In this document: positions 11,761-27,141 of the stretch, one piece after another
Layout of the letters: each line of letters begins with the position of its first letter
How positions within the stretch are numbered: position 1 is the first letter of the stretch
NCBI GenBank assembly: GCA_964057225.1
Contig: OZ059900.1
Span: 1,860,001-1,924,000 of the forward strand
Length of the DNA stretch: 64,000 bases
Direction of reading: 5' to 3'
Source of the DNA: Auanema rhodensis
Lineage: Eukaryota; Animalia; Nematoda
The notes under the pieces: generated by a model
What the model was told of the DNA's origin: nothing
What the model saw: only the letters and a program-made list of their open reading frames with translations
The model's database searches: none
Position numbers and translations under genes: made by a program

Positions 11761-14700
11761 CATATATAAGATCAAAAGCATAGTTTTATTGTCTATAACA
11801 ACAAAAGTCATCAATTAAACGCTAGTGATATTTAAATACTGATTTTCGCTCAAGTAGCATTACTACACTAAGTATGGTCGTTTTTATGCCTTTAACACCA
11901 TATACTCACCGATTTTTGGTACAAAATCTGTAATACTTGTAAATTTTGATCATATTCGTTAAGATTTGAGAATCAAACACATAATACACGAAATAAGTCT
12001 ATTTTTATGAGCTTGCACTGATATATATTCATTTTGATCAAAAAAGGTCGAAAATAGAAAGAATTTTTGAAATTTCCGAGTTTTGAGTCTAATTTGGCTA
12101 AATCGCTCATATATATGATCAGAAGCATAGTTTTAATGTCTATGACAACAAAAATCATCAATTAAACGCTAGTGATGTTTAAATACTGATTTTCGCTCAA
12201 ATAGCATTACTACACTAAGTATGGTCGTTTTTATGCCTTTAACACCATATACTCACCGATTTTTGGTACAAAATCTGTAATACTCGTAAAATTTGATCAT
12301 ATTTGTTAAGATTTGAGAATCAAACACACAATACACAAAATCAGTCTATTTTTATGAGTTTACACTGATATATATTCATTTTCATCAAAAAAGGTCGAAA
12401 ATAGAAAGAATTTTTGAAATTTCCGAGTTTTGAGTCCAATTTGGCTAAATCGCTCATATATATGATCAAAAGCATAGTTTTATTGTCTATAACAACAAAA
12501 GTCATCAATTAAACGCTAGTGATGTTTAAATACTGAATTTCGCTCAAATAGCATTACTACACTAAGTATGGTCGTTTTTATGCCTTTAACACCATATACT
12601 CACCGATTTTTGGTACAAAATCTGTAATACTCGTAAATTTTGATCATATTCGTTAAGATTTGAGAATCAAACATACAATACACAAAATCAGTCTATTTTT
12701 ATGAGCTTGCACTGATATATATTCATTTTGATCAAAAAAGGTCGAAAATAGAAAGAATTTTTGAAATTTCCGAGTTTTGAGTCTAATTTGGCTAAATCGC
12801 TCATATATATGATCAAAAGCATAGTTTTATTGTCTATGACAACAAAAGTCTTCAAATATACACTAATAATGATTAAATCACTGAATTTCACTCAAATAGC
12901 ATTACTACACTAAGTATGGTCGTTTTTATGCCTTTAACACCATATACTCACCGATTTTTGGTACAAAATCTGTAATACTTGTAAATTTTGATCATATTTG
13001 TTAAGATTCGAGAATCAAACACATAATACACAAAATAAGTCTATTTTTACAAGTTTGCACTGATATTTATTCATTTTGATCAAAAAAGGTCGAAAATAGA
13101 AAGAATTTTTGAAATTTCCGAGTTTTGAGTCCAATTTGGCTAAATCGCTCATATATATGATCAAAAGTATAGTTTTATTGTCTATAACAACAAAAGTCAT
13201 CAATTAAACGCTAGTGATGTTTAAATACTGAATTTCGCTCAAATAGCATTACTACACTAAGTATGGTCGTTTTTATGCCTTTAACACCATATACTCACCG
13301 ATTTTTGGTACAAAATCTGTAATACTCGTAAATTTTGATCATATTCGTTAAGATTTGAGAATCAAACATACAATACACAAAATCAGTCTATTTTTATGAG
13401 CTTGCACTGATATATATTCATTTTGATCAAAAAAGGTCGAAAATAGAAAGAATTTTTGAAATTTCCGAGTTTTGAGTCTAATTTGGCTAAATCGCTCATA
13501 TATATGATCAAAAGCATAGTTTTATTGTCTATGACAACAAAAGTCATCAATTAAATGCTAGTGATGTTTAAATACTGAATTTCGCTCAAATAGCATTACT
13601 ACACTAAGTATGGTCGTTTTTATGCCTTTAACACCATATACTCACCGATTTTTGGTACAAAATCTGTAATACTCGTAAATTTTGATCATATTCGGTGAGA
13701 TTCGAGAATCAAACACACAATACACGAAATAAGTTTATTTTGACGAGTTTGCACTGGTATTTATTCATTTTGATCAAAAAAGGTCGAAAATAGAAAGAAT
13801 TTTTGAATTTTCCGAGTTTTGAGTCCAATTGGGCTAAATCGCTCATATATATGATCAAAAGCATAGTTTTACTGTCTATGATAACAAAAGTCTTCAAATA
13901 TACACTAATAATGTGTAAATCACTGAATTTCACTCAAATAGCTTTACTACACTAAGTATGGTCGTTTTTATGCCTTTAACACCATATACTCACCGATTTT
14001 TGGTACAAAATCTGTAATACTTGTAAATTTTGATCATATTTGTTAAGATTCGAGAATCAAACACACAATACACGAAATAAGTTTATTTTTACGAATTTGC
14101 ACTGATATTTATTCATTTTGATCAAAAAAGGTCGAAAATAGAAAGAATTTTTGAAATTTCCGAGTTTTGAGTCCAATTTGGCTAAATCGCTCATATATAT
14201 GATCAAAAGTATAGTTTTATTGTCTATAACAACAAAAGTCATCAATTAAACGCTAGTGATGTTTAAATACTGAATTTCGCTCAAATAGCATTACTACACT
14301 AAGTATGGTCGTTTTTATGCCTTTAACACCATATACTCACCGATTTTTGGTACAAAATCTGTAATACTCGTAAATTTTGATCATATTCGTTAAGATTTGA
14401 GAATCAAACATACAATACACAAAATCAGTCTATTTTTATGAGCTTGCACTGATATATATTCATTTTGATCAAAAAAGGTCGAAAATAGAAAGAATTTTTG
14501 AAATTTCCGAGTTTTGAGTCTAATTTGGCTAAATCGCTCATATATATGATCAAAAGCATAGTTTTATTGTCTATGACAACAAAAGTCATCAATTAAATGC
14601 TAGTGATGTTTAAATACTGAATTTCGCTCAAATAGCATTACTACACTAAGTATGGTCGTTTTTATGCCTTTAACACCATATACTCACCGATTTTTGGTAC

Positions 14701-17700
14701 AAAATCTGTAATACTCGTAAATTTTGATCATATTCGGTGAGATTCGAGAATCAAACACACAATACACGAAATAAGTTTATTTTGACGAGTTTGCACTGGT
14801 ATTTATTCATTTTGATCAAAAAAGGTCGAAAATAGAAAGAATTTTTGAATTTTCCGAGTTTTGAGTCCAATTGGGCTAAATCGCTCATATATATGATCAA
14901 AAGCATAGTTTTACTGTCTATGATAACAAAAGTCTTCAAATATACACTAATAATGTGTAAATCACTGAATTTCACTCAAATAGCTTTACTACACTAAGTA
15001 TGGTCGTTTTTATGCCTTTAACACCATATACTCACCGATTTTTGGTACAAAATCTGTAATACTCGTAAATTTCGATCATATTCGTTAAGATTCGAGAATC
15101 AAACACACAATACACGAAATAAGTTTATTTTTACGAATTTGCACTGATATTTATTCATTTTGATCAAAAAAGGTCGAAAATAGAAAGAATTTTTTAATTT
15201 TCCGAGTTTTGAGTCCAATTGGGCTAAATCGCTCATATATATGATCAAAAGCATAGTTTCACTGTCTATGATAACAAAAGTCTTCAAATATACACTAGTA
15301 ATGATTAAATCACTGAATTTCACTCAAATAGCATTACTACACTAAGTATGGTCGTTTTTATGCCTTTAACACCATATACTCACCGATTTTTGGTACAAAA
15401 TCTGTAATACTTGTAAATTTTGATCATATTTGTTAAGATTCGAGAATCAAACACATAATACACGAAATAAGTCTATTTTTACAAGTTTGCACTGATATTT
15501 ATTCATTTTGATCAAAAAAAGGTCGAAAATAGAAAAATTTTTTGAAATTTCCGAGTTTTGAGTCCAATTTGGCTAAATCGCTCATATATAAGATCAAAAG
15601 CATAGTTTTATTGTCTATAACAACAAAAGTCATCAATTAAACGCTAGTGATATTTAAATACTGATTTTCGCTCAAGTAGCATTACTACACTAAGTATGGT
15701 CGTTTTTATGCCTTTAACACCATATACTCACCGATTTTTGGTACAAAATCTGTAATACTTGTAAATTTTGATCATATTCGTTAAGATTTGAGAATCAAAC
15801 ACATAATACACGAAATAAGTCTATTTTTATGAGCTTGCACTGATATATATTCATTTTGATCAAAAAAGGTCGAAAATAGAAAGAATTTTTGAAATTTCCG
15901 AGTTTTGAGTCTAATTTGGCTAAATCGCTCATATATATGATCAGAAGCATAGTTTTAATGTCTATGACAACAAAAATCATCAATTAAACGCTAGTGATGT
16001 TTAAATACTGATTTTCGCTCAAATAGCATTACTACACTAAGTATGGTCGTTTTTATGCCTTTAACACCATATACTCACCGATTTTTGGTACAAAATCTGT
16101 AATACTCGTAAAATTTGATCATATTTGTTAAGATTTGAGAATCAAACACACAATACACAAAATCAGTCTATTTTTATGAGTTTACACTGATATATATTCA
16201 TTTTCATCAAAAAAGGTCGAAAATAGAAAGAATTTTTGAAATTTCCGAGTTTTGAGTCCAATTTGGCTAAATCGCTCATATATATGATCAAAAGCATAGT
16301 TTTATTGTCTATAACAACAAAAGTCATCAATTAAACGCTAGTGATGTTTAAATACTGAATTTCGCTCAAATAGCATTACTACACTAAGTATGGTCGTTTT
16401 TATGCCTTTAACACCATATACTCACCGATTTTTGGTACAAAATCTGTAATACTCGTAAATTTTGATCATATTCGTTAAGATTTGAGAATCAAACATACAA
16501 TACACAAAATCAGTCTATTTTTATGAGCTTGCACTGATATATATTCATTTTGATCAAAAAAGGTCGAAAATAGAAAGAATTTTTGAAATTTCCGAGTTTT
16601 GAGTCTAATTTGGCTAAATCGCTCATATATATGATCAAAAGCATAGTTTTATTGTCTATGACAACAAAAGTCTTCAAATATACACTAATAATGATTAAAT
16701 CACTGAATTTCACTCAAATAGCATTACTACACTAAGTATGGTCGTTTTTATGCCTTTAACACCATATACTCACCGATTTTTGGTACAAAATCTGTAATAC
16801 TTGTAAATTTTGATCATATTTGTTAAGATTCGAGAATCAAACACATAATACACAAAATAAGTCTATTTTTACAAGTTTGCACTGATATTTATTCATTTTG
16901 ATCAAAAAAGGTCGAAAATAGAAAGAATTTTTGAAATTTCCGAGTTTTGAGTCCAATTTGGCTAAATCGCTCATATATATGATCAAAAGTATAGTTTTAT
17001 TGTCTATAACAACAAAAGTCATCAATTAAACGCTAGTGATGTTTAAATACTGAATTTCGCTCAAATAGCATTACTACACTAAGTATGGTCGTTTTTATGC
17101 CTTTAACACCATATACTCACCGATTTTTGGTACAAAATCTGTAATACTCGTAAATTTTGATCATATTCGTTAAGATTTGAGAATCAAACATACAATACAC
17201 AAAATCAGTCTATTTTTATGAGCTTGCACTGATATATATTCATTTTGATCAAAAAAGGTCGAAAATAGAAAGAATTTTTGAAATTTCCGAGTTTTGAGTC
17301 TAATTTGGCTAAATCGCTCATATATATGATCAAAAGCATAGTTTTATTGTCTATGACAACAAAAGTCATCAATTAAATGCTAGTGATGTTTAAATACTGA
17401 ATTTCGCTCAAATAGCATTACTACACTAAGTATGGTCGTTTTTATGCCTTTAACACCATATACTCACCGATTTTTGGTACAAAATCTGTAATACTCGTAA
17501 ATTTTGATCATATTCGGTGAGATTCGAGAATCAAACACACAATACACGAAATAAGTTTATTTTGACGAGTTTGCACTGGTATTTATTCATTTTGATCAAA
17601 AAAGGTCGAAAATAGAAAGAATTTTTGAATTTTCCGAGTTTTGAGTCCAATTGGGCTAAATCGCTCATATATATGATCAAAAGCATAGTTTTACTGTCTA

Positions 17701-20700
17701 TGATAACAAAAGTCTTCAAATATACACTAATAATGTGTAAATCACTGAATTTCACTCAAATAGCTTTACTACACTAAGTATGGTCGTTTTTATGCCTTTA
17801 ACACCATATACTCACCGATTTTTGGTACAAAATCTGTAATACTCGTAAATTTCGATCATATTCGTTAAGATTCGAGAATCAAACACACAATACACGAAAT
17901 AAGTTTATTTTTACGAATTTGCACTGATATTTATTCATTTTGATCAAAAAAGGTCGAAAATAGAAAGAATTTTTTAATTTTCCGAGTTTTGAGTCCAATT
18001 GGGCTAAATCGCTCATATATATGATCAAAAGCATAGTTTCACTGTCTATGATAACAAAAGTCTTCAAATATACACTAGTAATGATTAAATCACTGAATTT
18101 CACTCAAATAGCATTACTACACTAAGTATGGTCGTTTTTATGCCTTTAACACCATATACTCACCGATTTTTGGTACAAAATCTGTAATACTTGTAAATTT
18201 TGATCATATTTGTTAAGATTCGAGAATCAAACACATAATACACGAAATAAGTCTATTTTTACAAGTTTGCACTGATATTTATTCATTTTGATCAAAAAAA
18301 GGTCGAAAATAGAAAAATTTTTTGAAATTTCCGAGTTTTGAGTCCAATTTGGCTAAATCGCTCATATATAAGATCAAAAGCATAGTTTTATTGTCTATAA
18401 CAACAAAAGTCATCAATTAAACGCTAGTGATATTTAAATACTGATTTTCGCTCAAGTAGCATTACTACACTAAGTATGGTCGTTTTTATGCCTTTAACAC
18501 CATATACTCACCGATTTTTGGTACAAAATCTGTAATACTTGTAAATTTTGATCATATTCGTTAAGATTTGAGAATCAAACACATAATACACGAAATAAGT
18601 CTATTTTTATGAGCTTGCACTGATATATATTCATTTTGATCAAAAAAGGTCGAAAATAGAAAGAATTTTTGAAATTTCCGAGTTTTGAGTCTAATTTGGC
18701 TAAATCGCTCATATATATGATCAGAAGCATAGTTTTAATGTCTATGACAACAAAAATCATCAATTAAACGCTAGTGATGTTTAAATACTGATTTTCGCTC
18801 AAATAGCATTACTACACTAAGTATGGTCGTTTTTATGCCTTTAACACCATATACTCACCGATTTTTGGTACAAAATCTGTAATACTCGTAAAATTTGATC
18901 ATATTTGTTAAGATTTGAGAATCAAACACACAATACACAAAATCAGTCTATTTTTATGAGTTTACACTGATATATATTCATTTTCATCAAAAAAGGTCGA
19001 AAATAGAAAGAATTTTTGAATTTTCCGAGTTTTGAGTCGAATTGGGCTAAATCGCTCATATATATGATCAAAAGCATAGTTTTACTGTCTATGATAACAA
19101 AAGTCTTCAAATATACACTAATAATGATTAAATCACTGAATTTCACTCAAATAGCATTACTACACTAAGTATGGTCGTTTTTATGCCTTTAACACCATAT
19201 ACTCACCGATTTTTGGTACAAAATCTGTAATACTTGTAAATTTTGATCATATTTGTTAAGATTCGAGAATCAAACACATAATACACAAAATAAGTCTATT
19301 TTTACAAGTTTGCACTGATATTTATTCATTTTGATCAAAAAAGGTCGAAAATAGAAAGAATTTTTGAAATTTCCGAGTTTTGAGTCCAATTTGGCTAAAT
19401 CGCTCATATATATGATCAAAAGCATAGTTTTATTGTCTATAACAACAAAAGTCATCAATTAAACGCTAGTGATGTTTAAATACTGAATTTCGCTCAAATA
19501 GCATTACTACACTAAGTATGGTCGTTTTTATGCCTTTAACACCATATACTCACCGATTTTTGGTACAAAATCTGTAATACTCGTAAATTTTGATCATATT
19601 CGTTAAGATTTGAGAATCAAACATACAATACACAAAATCAGTCTATTTTTATGAGCTTGCACTGATATATATTCATTTTGATCAAAAAAGGTCGAAAATA
19701 GAAAGAATTTTTGAAATTTCCGAGTTTTGAGTCTAATTTGGCTAAATCGCTCATATATATGATCAAAAGCATAGTTTTATTGTCTATGACAACAAAAGTC
19801 TTCAAATATACACTAATAATGATTAAATCACTGAATTTCACTCAAATAGCATTACTACACTAAGTATGGTCGTTTTTATGCCTTTAACACCATATACTCA
19901 CCGATTTTTGGTACAAAATCTGTAATACTTGTAAATTTTGATCATATTTGTTAAGATTCGAGAATCAAACACATAATACACAAAATAAGTCTATTTTTAC
20001 AAGTTTGCACTGATATTTATTCATTTTGATCAAAAAAGGTCGAAAATAGAAAGAATTTTTGAAATTTCCGAGTTTTGAGTCCAATTTGGCTAAATCGCTC
20101 ATATATATGATCAAAAGTATAGTTTCATTGTCTATAACAACAAAAGTCATCAATTAAACGCTAGTGATGTTTAAATACTGAATTTCGCTCAAATAGCATT
20201 ACTACACTAAGTATGGTCGTTTTTATGCCTTTAACACCATATACTCACCGATTTTTGGTACAAAATCTGTAATACTCGTAAATTTTGATCATATTCGTTA
20301 AGATTTGAGAATCAAACATACAATACACAAAATCAGTCTATTTTTATGAGCTTGCACTGATATATATTCATTTTGATCAAAAAAGGTCGAAAATAGAAAG
20401 AATTTTTGAAATTTCCGAGTTTTGAGTCTAATTTGGCTAAATCGCTCATATATATGATCAAAAGCATAGTTTTATTGTCTATGACAACAAAAGTCATCAA
20501 TTAAATGCTAGTGATGTTTAAATACTGAATTTCGCTCAAATAGCATTACTACACTAAGTATGGTCGTTTTTATGCCTTTAACACCATATACTCACCGATT
20601 TTTGGTACAAAATCTGTAATACTCGTAAATTTTGATCATATTCGGTGAGATTCGAGAATGAAACACACAATACACGAAATAAGTTTATTTTGACGAGTTT

Positions 20701-22969
20701 GCACTGGTATTTATTCATTTTGATCAAAAAAGGTCGAAAATAGAAAGAATTTTTGAATTTTCCGAGTTTTGAGTCCAATTGGGCTAAATCGCTCATATAT
20801 ATGATCAAAAGCATAGTTTTACTGTCTATGATAACAAAAGTCTTCAAATATACACTAATAATGTGTAAATCACTGAATTTCACTCAAATAGCTTTACTAC
20901 ACTAAGTATGGTCGTTTTTATGCCTTTAACACCATATACTCACCGATTTTTGGTACAAAATCTGTAATACTCGTAAATTTCGATCATATTCGTTAAGATT
21001 CGAGAATCAAACACACAATACACGAAATAAGTTTATTTTTACGAATTTGCACTGATATTTATTCATTTTGATCAAAAAAGGTCGAAAATAGAAAGAATTT
21101 TTTAATTTTCCGAGTTTTGAGTCCAATTGGGCTAAATCGCTCATATATATGATCAAAAGCATAGTTTCACTGTCTATGATAACAAAAGTCTTCAAATATA
21201 CACTAGTAATGATTAAATCACTGAATTTCACTCAAATAGCATTACTACACTAAGTATGGTCGTTTTTATGCCTTTAACACCATATACTCACCGATTTTTG
21301 GTACAAAATCTGTAATACTTGTAAATTTTGATCATATTTGTTAAGATTCGAGAATCAAACACATAATACACGAAATAAGTCTATTTTTACAAGTTTGCAC
21401 TGATATTTATTCATTTTGATCAAAAAAAGGTCGAAAATAGAAAAATTTTTTGAAATTTCCGAGTTTTGAGTCCAATTTGGCTAAATCGCTCATATATAAG
21501 ATCAAAAGCATAGTTTTATTGTCTATAACAACAAAAGTCATCAATTAAACGCTAGTGATATTTAAATACTGATTTTCGCTCAAGTAGCATTACTACACTA
21601 AGTATGGTCGTTTTTATGCCTTTAACACCATATACTCACCGATTTTTGGTACAAAATCTGTAATACTTGTAAATTTTGATCATATTCGTTAAGATTTGAG
21701 AATCAAACACATAATACACGAAATAAGTCTATTTTTATGAGCTTGCACTGATATATATTCATTTTGATCAAAAAAGGTCGAAAATAGAAAGAATTTTTGA
21801 AATTTCCGAGTTTTGAGTCTAATTTGGCTAAATCGCTCATATATATGATCAGAAGCATAGTTTTAATGTCTATGACAACAAAAATCATCAATTAAACGCT
21901 AGTGATGTTTAAATACTGATTTTCGCTCAAATAGCATTACTACACTAAGTATGGTCGTTTTTATGCCTTTAACACCATATACTCACCGATTTTTGGTACA
22001 AAATCTGTAATACTCGTAAAATTTGATCATATTTGTTAAGATTTGAGAATCAAACACACAATACACAAAATCAGTCTATTTTTATGAGTTTACACTGATA
22101 TATATTCATTTTCATCAAAAAAGGTCGAAAATAGAAAGAATTTTTGAATTTTCCGAGTTTTGAGTCCAATTGGGCTAAATCGCTCATATATATGATCAAA
22201 AGCATAGTTTTACTGTCTATGATAACAAAAGTCTTCAAATCTACACTAATAATGTGTAAATCACTGAATTTCACTCAAATAGCATTACTACACTAAGTAT
22301 GGTCGTTTTTATGCCTTTAACACCATATACTCACCGATTTTTGGTACAAAATCTGTAATACTTGTAAATTTTGATCATATTTGTTAAGATTCGAGAATCA
22401 AACACATAATACACAAAATAAGTCTATTTTTACAAGTTTGCACTGATATTTATTCATTTTGATCAAAAAAGGTCGAAAATAGAAAGAATTTTTGAAATTT
22501 CCGAGTTTTGAGTCCAATTTGGCTAAATCGCTCATATATATGATCAAAAGCATAGTTTTATTGTCTATAACAACAAAAGTCATCAATTAAACGCTAGTGA
22601 TGTTTAAATACTGAATTTCGCTCAAATAGCATTACTACACTAAGTATGGTCGTTTTTATGCCTTTAACACCATATACTCACCGATTTTTGGTACAAAATC
22701 TGTAATACTCGTAAATTTTGATCATATTCGTTAAGATTTGAGAATCAAACATACAATACACAAAATCAGTCTATTTTTATGAGCTTGCACTGATATATAT
22801 TCATTTTGATCAAAAAAGGTCGAAAATAGAAAGAATTTTTGAAATTTCCGAGTTTTGAGTCTAATTTGGCTAAATCGCTCATATATATGATCAAAAGCAT
22901 AGTTTTATTGTCTATGACAACAAAAGTCATCAATTAAATGCTAGTGATGTTTAAATACTGAATTTCGCT
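10807..22969. repeat. HOR domain with 8-, 3-, 8-, 9- and 7-monomer periods (includes a 3822-bp, 11-monomer repeat)
   Basis: The GGTGAG...CTGGTA monomer type occurs at 10929, 13709, 14751, 17531, 20659, 23092 (spacings 2780, 1042, 2780, 3128, 2433). Offset 3822 pairs: 11277/15099, 11973/15795, 12688/16510, 13015/16837. Confidence 0.85.
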
Positions 22970-25402
22970 CAAATAGCATTACTACACTAAGTATGGTCGT
23001 ATTTATGCCTTTAACACCATATACTCACCGATTTTTGGTACAAAATCTGTAATACTCGTAAATTTTGATCATATTCGGTGAGATTCGAGAATCAAACACA
23101 CAATACACGAAATAAGTTTATTTTGACGAGTTTGCACTGGTATTTATTCATTTTGATCAAAAAAGGTCGAAAATAGAAAGAATTTTTGAATTTTCCGAGT
23201 TTTGAGTCCAATTGGGCTAAATCGCTCATATATATGATCAAAAGCATAGTTTTACTGTCTATGATAACAAAAGTCTTCAAATATACACTAATAATGTGTA
23301 AATCACTGAATTTCACTCAAATAGCTTTACTACACTAAGTATGGTCGTTTTTATGCCTTTAACACCATATACTCACCGATTTTTGGTACAAAATCTGTAA
23401 TACTCGTAAATTTCGATCATATTCGTTAAGATTCGAGAATCAAACACACAATACACGAAATAAGTTTATTTTTACGAATTTGCACTGATATTTATTCATT
23501 TTGATCAAAAAAGGTCGAAAATAGAAAGAATTTTTTAATTTTCCGAGTTTTGAGTCCAATTGGGCTAAATCGCTCATATATATGATCAAAAGCATAGTTT
23601 CACTGTCTATGATAACAAAAGTCTTCAAATATACACTAGTAATGATTAAATCACTGAATTTCACTCAAATAGCATTACTACACTAAGTATGGTCGTTTTT
23701 ATGCCTTTAACACCATATACTCACCGATTTTTGGTACAAAATCTGTAATACTTGTAAATTTTGATCATATTTGTTAAGATTCGAGAATCAAACACATAAT
23801 ACACGAAATAAGTCTATTTTTACAAGTTTGCACTGATATTTATTCATTTTGATCAAAAAAAGGTCGAAAATAGAAAAATTTTTTGAAATTTCCGAGTTTT
23901 GAGTCCAATTTGGCTAAATCGCTCATATATAAGATCAAAAGCATAGTTTTATTGTCTATAACAACAAAAGTCATCAATTAAACGCTAGTGATATTTAAAT
24001 ACTGATTTTCGCTCAAGTAGCATTACTACACTAAGTATGGTCGTTTTTATGCCTTTAACACCATATACTCACCGATTTTTGGTACAAAATCTGTAATACT
24101 TGTAAATTTTGATCATATTCGTTAAGATTTGAGAATCAAACATACAATACACAAAATCAGTCTATTTTTATGAGCTTGCACTGATATATATTCATTTTGA
24201 TCAAAAAAGGTCGAAAATAGAAAGAATTTTTGAAATTTCCGAGTTTTGAGTCTAATTTGGCTAAATCGCTCATATATATGATCAGAAGCATAGTTTTAAT
24301 GTCTATGACAACAAAAATCATCAATTAAACGCTAGTGATGTTTAAATACTGATTTTCGCTCAAATAGCATTACTACACTAAGTATGGTCGTTTTTATGCC
24401 TTTAACACCATATACTCACCGATTTTTGGTACAAAATCTGTAATACTCGTAAAATTTGATCATATTTGTTAAGATTTGAGAATCAAACACACAATACACA
24501 AATTCAGTCTATTTTTATGAGTTTACACTGATATATATTCATTTTCATCAAAAAAGGTCGAAAATAGAAAGAATTTTTGAATTTTCCGAGTTTTGAGTCG
24601 AATTGGGCTAAATCGCTCATATATATGATCAAAAGCATAGTTTTACTGTCTATGATAACAAAAGTCTTCAAATATACACTAATAATGATTAAATCACTGA
24701 ATTTCACTCAAATAGCATTACTACACTAAGTATGGTCGTTTTTATGCCTTTAACACCATATACTCACCGATTTTTGGTACAAAATCTGTAATACTTGTAA
24801 ATTTTGATCATATTTGTTAAGATTCGAGAATCAAACACATAATACACAAAATAAGTCTATTTTTACAAGTTTGCACTGATATTTATTCATTTTGATCAAA
24901 AAAGGTCGAAAATAGAAAGAATTTTTGAAATTTCCGAGTTTTGAGTCCAATTTGGCTAAATCGCTCATATATATGATCAAAAGCATAGTGTTATTGTCTA
25001 TAACAACAAAAGTCATCAATTAAACGCTAGTGATGTTTAAATACTGAATTTCGCTCAAATAGCATTACTACACTAAGTATGGTCGTTTTTATGCCTTTAA
25101 CACCATATACTCACCGATTTTTGGTACAAAATCTGTAATACTCGTAAATTTTGATCATATTCGTTAAGATTTGAGAATCAAACATACAATACACAAAATC
25201 AGTCTATTTTTATGAGCTTGCACTGATATATATTCATTTTGATCAAAAAAGGTCGAAAATAGAAAGAATTTTTGAAATTTCCGAGTTTTGAGTCTAATTT
25301 GGCTAAATCGCTCATATATATGATCAAAAGCATAGTTTTATTGTCTATGACAACAAAAGTCATCAATTAAATGCTAGTGATGTTTAAATACTGAATTTCG
25401 CT
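22970..25402. repeat. One canonical 7-monomer HOR unit (2433 bp)
   Basis: Order of monomer types: GGTGAG; TTTCGATC; A7/CAAGTAG; TCAGAAG/TTAATG; TTTCATC/GTCGAATTGGG; ACATAATACACAAA; AAATGCTAG. The TTTCATC type recurs at 2433-bp spacing (22071, 24504, 26937; 34236, 36669). Confidence 0.8.
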
Positions 25403-27141
25403 CAAATAGCATTACTACACTAAGTATGGTCGTTTTTATGCCTTTAACACCATATACTCACCGATTTTTGGTACAAAATCTGTAATACTTGTAAATTTTG
25501 ATCATATTCGTTAAGATTTGAGAATCAAACATACAATACACAAAATCAGTCTATTTTTATGAGCTTGCACTGATATATATTCATTTTGATCAAAAAAGGT
25601 CGAAAATAGAAAGAATTTTTGAATTTTCCGAGTTTTGAGTCCAATTGGGCTAAATCGCTCATATATATGATCAAAAGCATAGTTTTACTGTCTATGATAA
25701 CAAAAGTCTTCAAATATACACTAATAATGTGTAAATCACTGAATTTCACTCAAATAGCTTTACTACACTAAGTATGGTCGTTTTTATGCCTTTAACACCA
25801 TATACTCACCGATTTTTGGTACAAAATCTGTAATACTCGTAAAATTTGATCATATTTGTTAAGATTTGAGAATCAAACACACAATACACAAAATCAGTCT
25901 ATTTTTATGAGTTTACACTGATATATATTCATTTTGATCAAAAAAGGTCGAAAATAGAAAGAATTTTTGAATTTTCCGAGTTTTGAGTCCAATTGGGCTA
26001 AATCGCTCATATATATGATCAAAAGCATAGTTTTACTGTCTATGATAACAAAAGTCTTCAAATATACACTAATAATGATTAAATCAATGAATTTCACTCA
26101 AATAGCATTACTACACTAAGTATGGTCGTTTTTATGCCTTTAACACCATATACTCACCGATTTTTGGTACAAAATCTGTAATACTTGTAAATTTTGATCA
26201 TATTTGTTAAGATTCGAGAATCAAACACATGATACACGAAATAAGTCTATTTTTACAAGTTTGCACTGATATTTATTCATTTTGATCAAAAAAAGGTCGA
26301 AAATAGAAAAATTTTTTGAAATTTCCGAGTTTTGAGTCCAATTTGGCTAAATCGCTCATATATAAGATCAAAAGCATAGTTTTATTGTCTATAACAACAA
26401 AAGTCATCAATTGAACGCTAGTGATATTTAAATACTGATTTTCGCTCAAGTAGCATTACTACACTAAGTATGGTCGTTTTTATGCCTTTAACACCATATA
26501 CTCACCGATTTTTGGTACAAAATCTGTAATACTTGTAAATTTTGATCATATTCGTTAAGATTTGAGAATCGAACATACAATACACAAAATCAGTCTATTT
26601 TTATGAGCTTGCACTGATATATATTCATTTTGATCAAAAAAGGTCGAAAATAGAAAGAATTTTTGAAATTTCCGAGTTTTGAGTCTAATTTGGCTAAATC
26701 GCTCATATATATGATCAGAAGCATAGTTTTAATGTCTATGACAACAAAAATCATCAATTAAACGCTAGTGATGTTTAAATACTGATTTTCGCTCAAATAG
26801 CATTACTACACTAAGTATGGTCGTTTTTATGCCTTTAACACCATATACTCACCGATTTTTGGTACAAAATCTGTAATACTCGTAAAATTTGATCATATTT
26901 GTTAAGATTTGAGAATCAAACACACAATACACAAAATCAGTCTATTTTTATGAGTTTACACTGATATATATTCATTTTCATCAAAAAAGGTCGAAAATAG
27001 AAAGAATTTTTGAATTTTCCGAGTTTTGAGTCGAATTGGGCTAAATCGCTCATATATATGATCAAAAGCATAGTTTTACTGTCTATGATAACAAAAGTCT
27101 TCAAATATACACTAATAATGATTAAATCACTGAATTTCACT

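Noticed and set aside
20578-20883. Longest ORF (101 aa)
   Set aside because: It results from a single C>G at 20660 (GAGAATG instead of GAGAATC) that removes the minus-strand TGA in one monomer.
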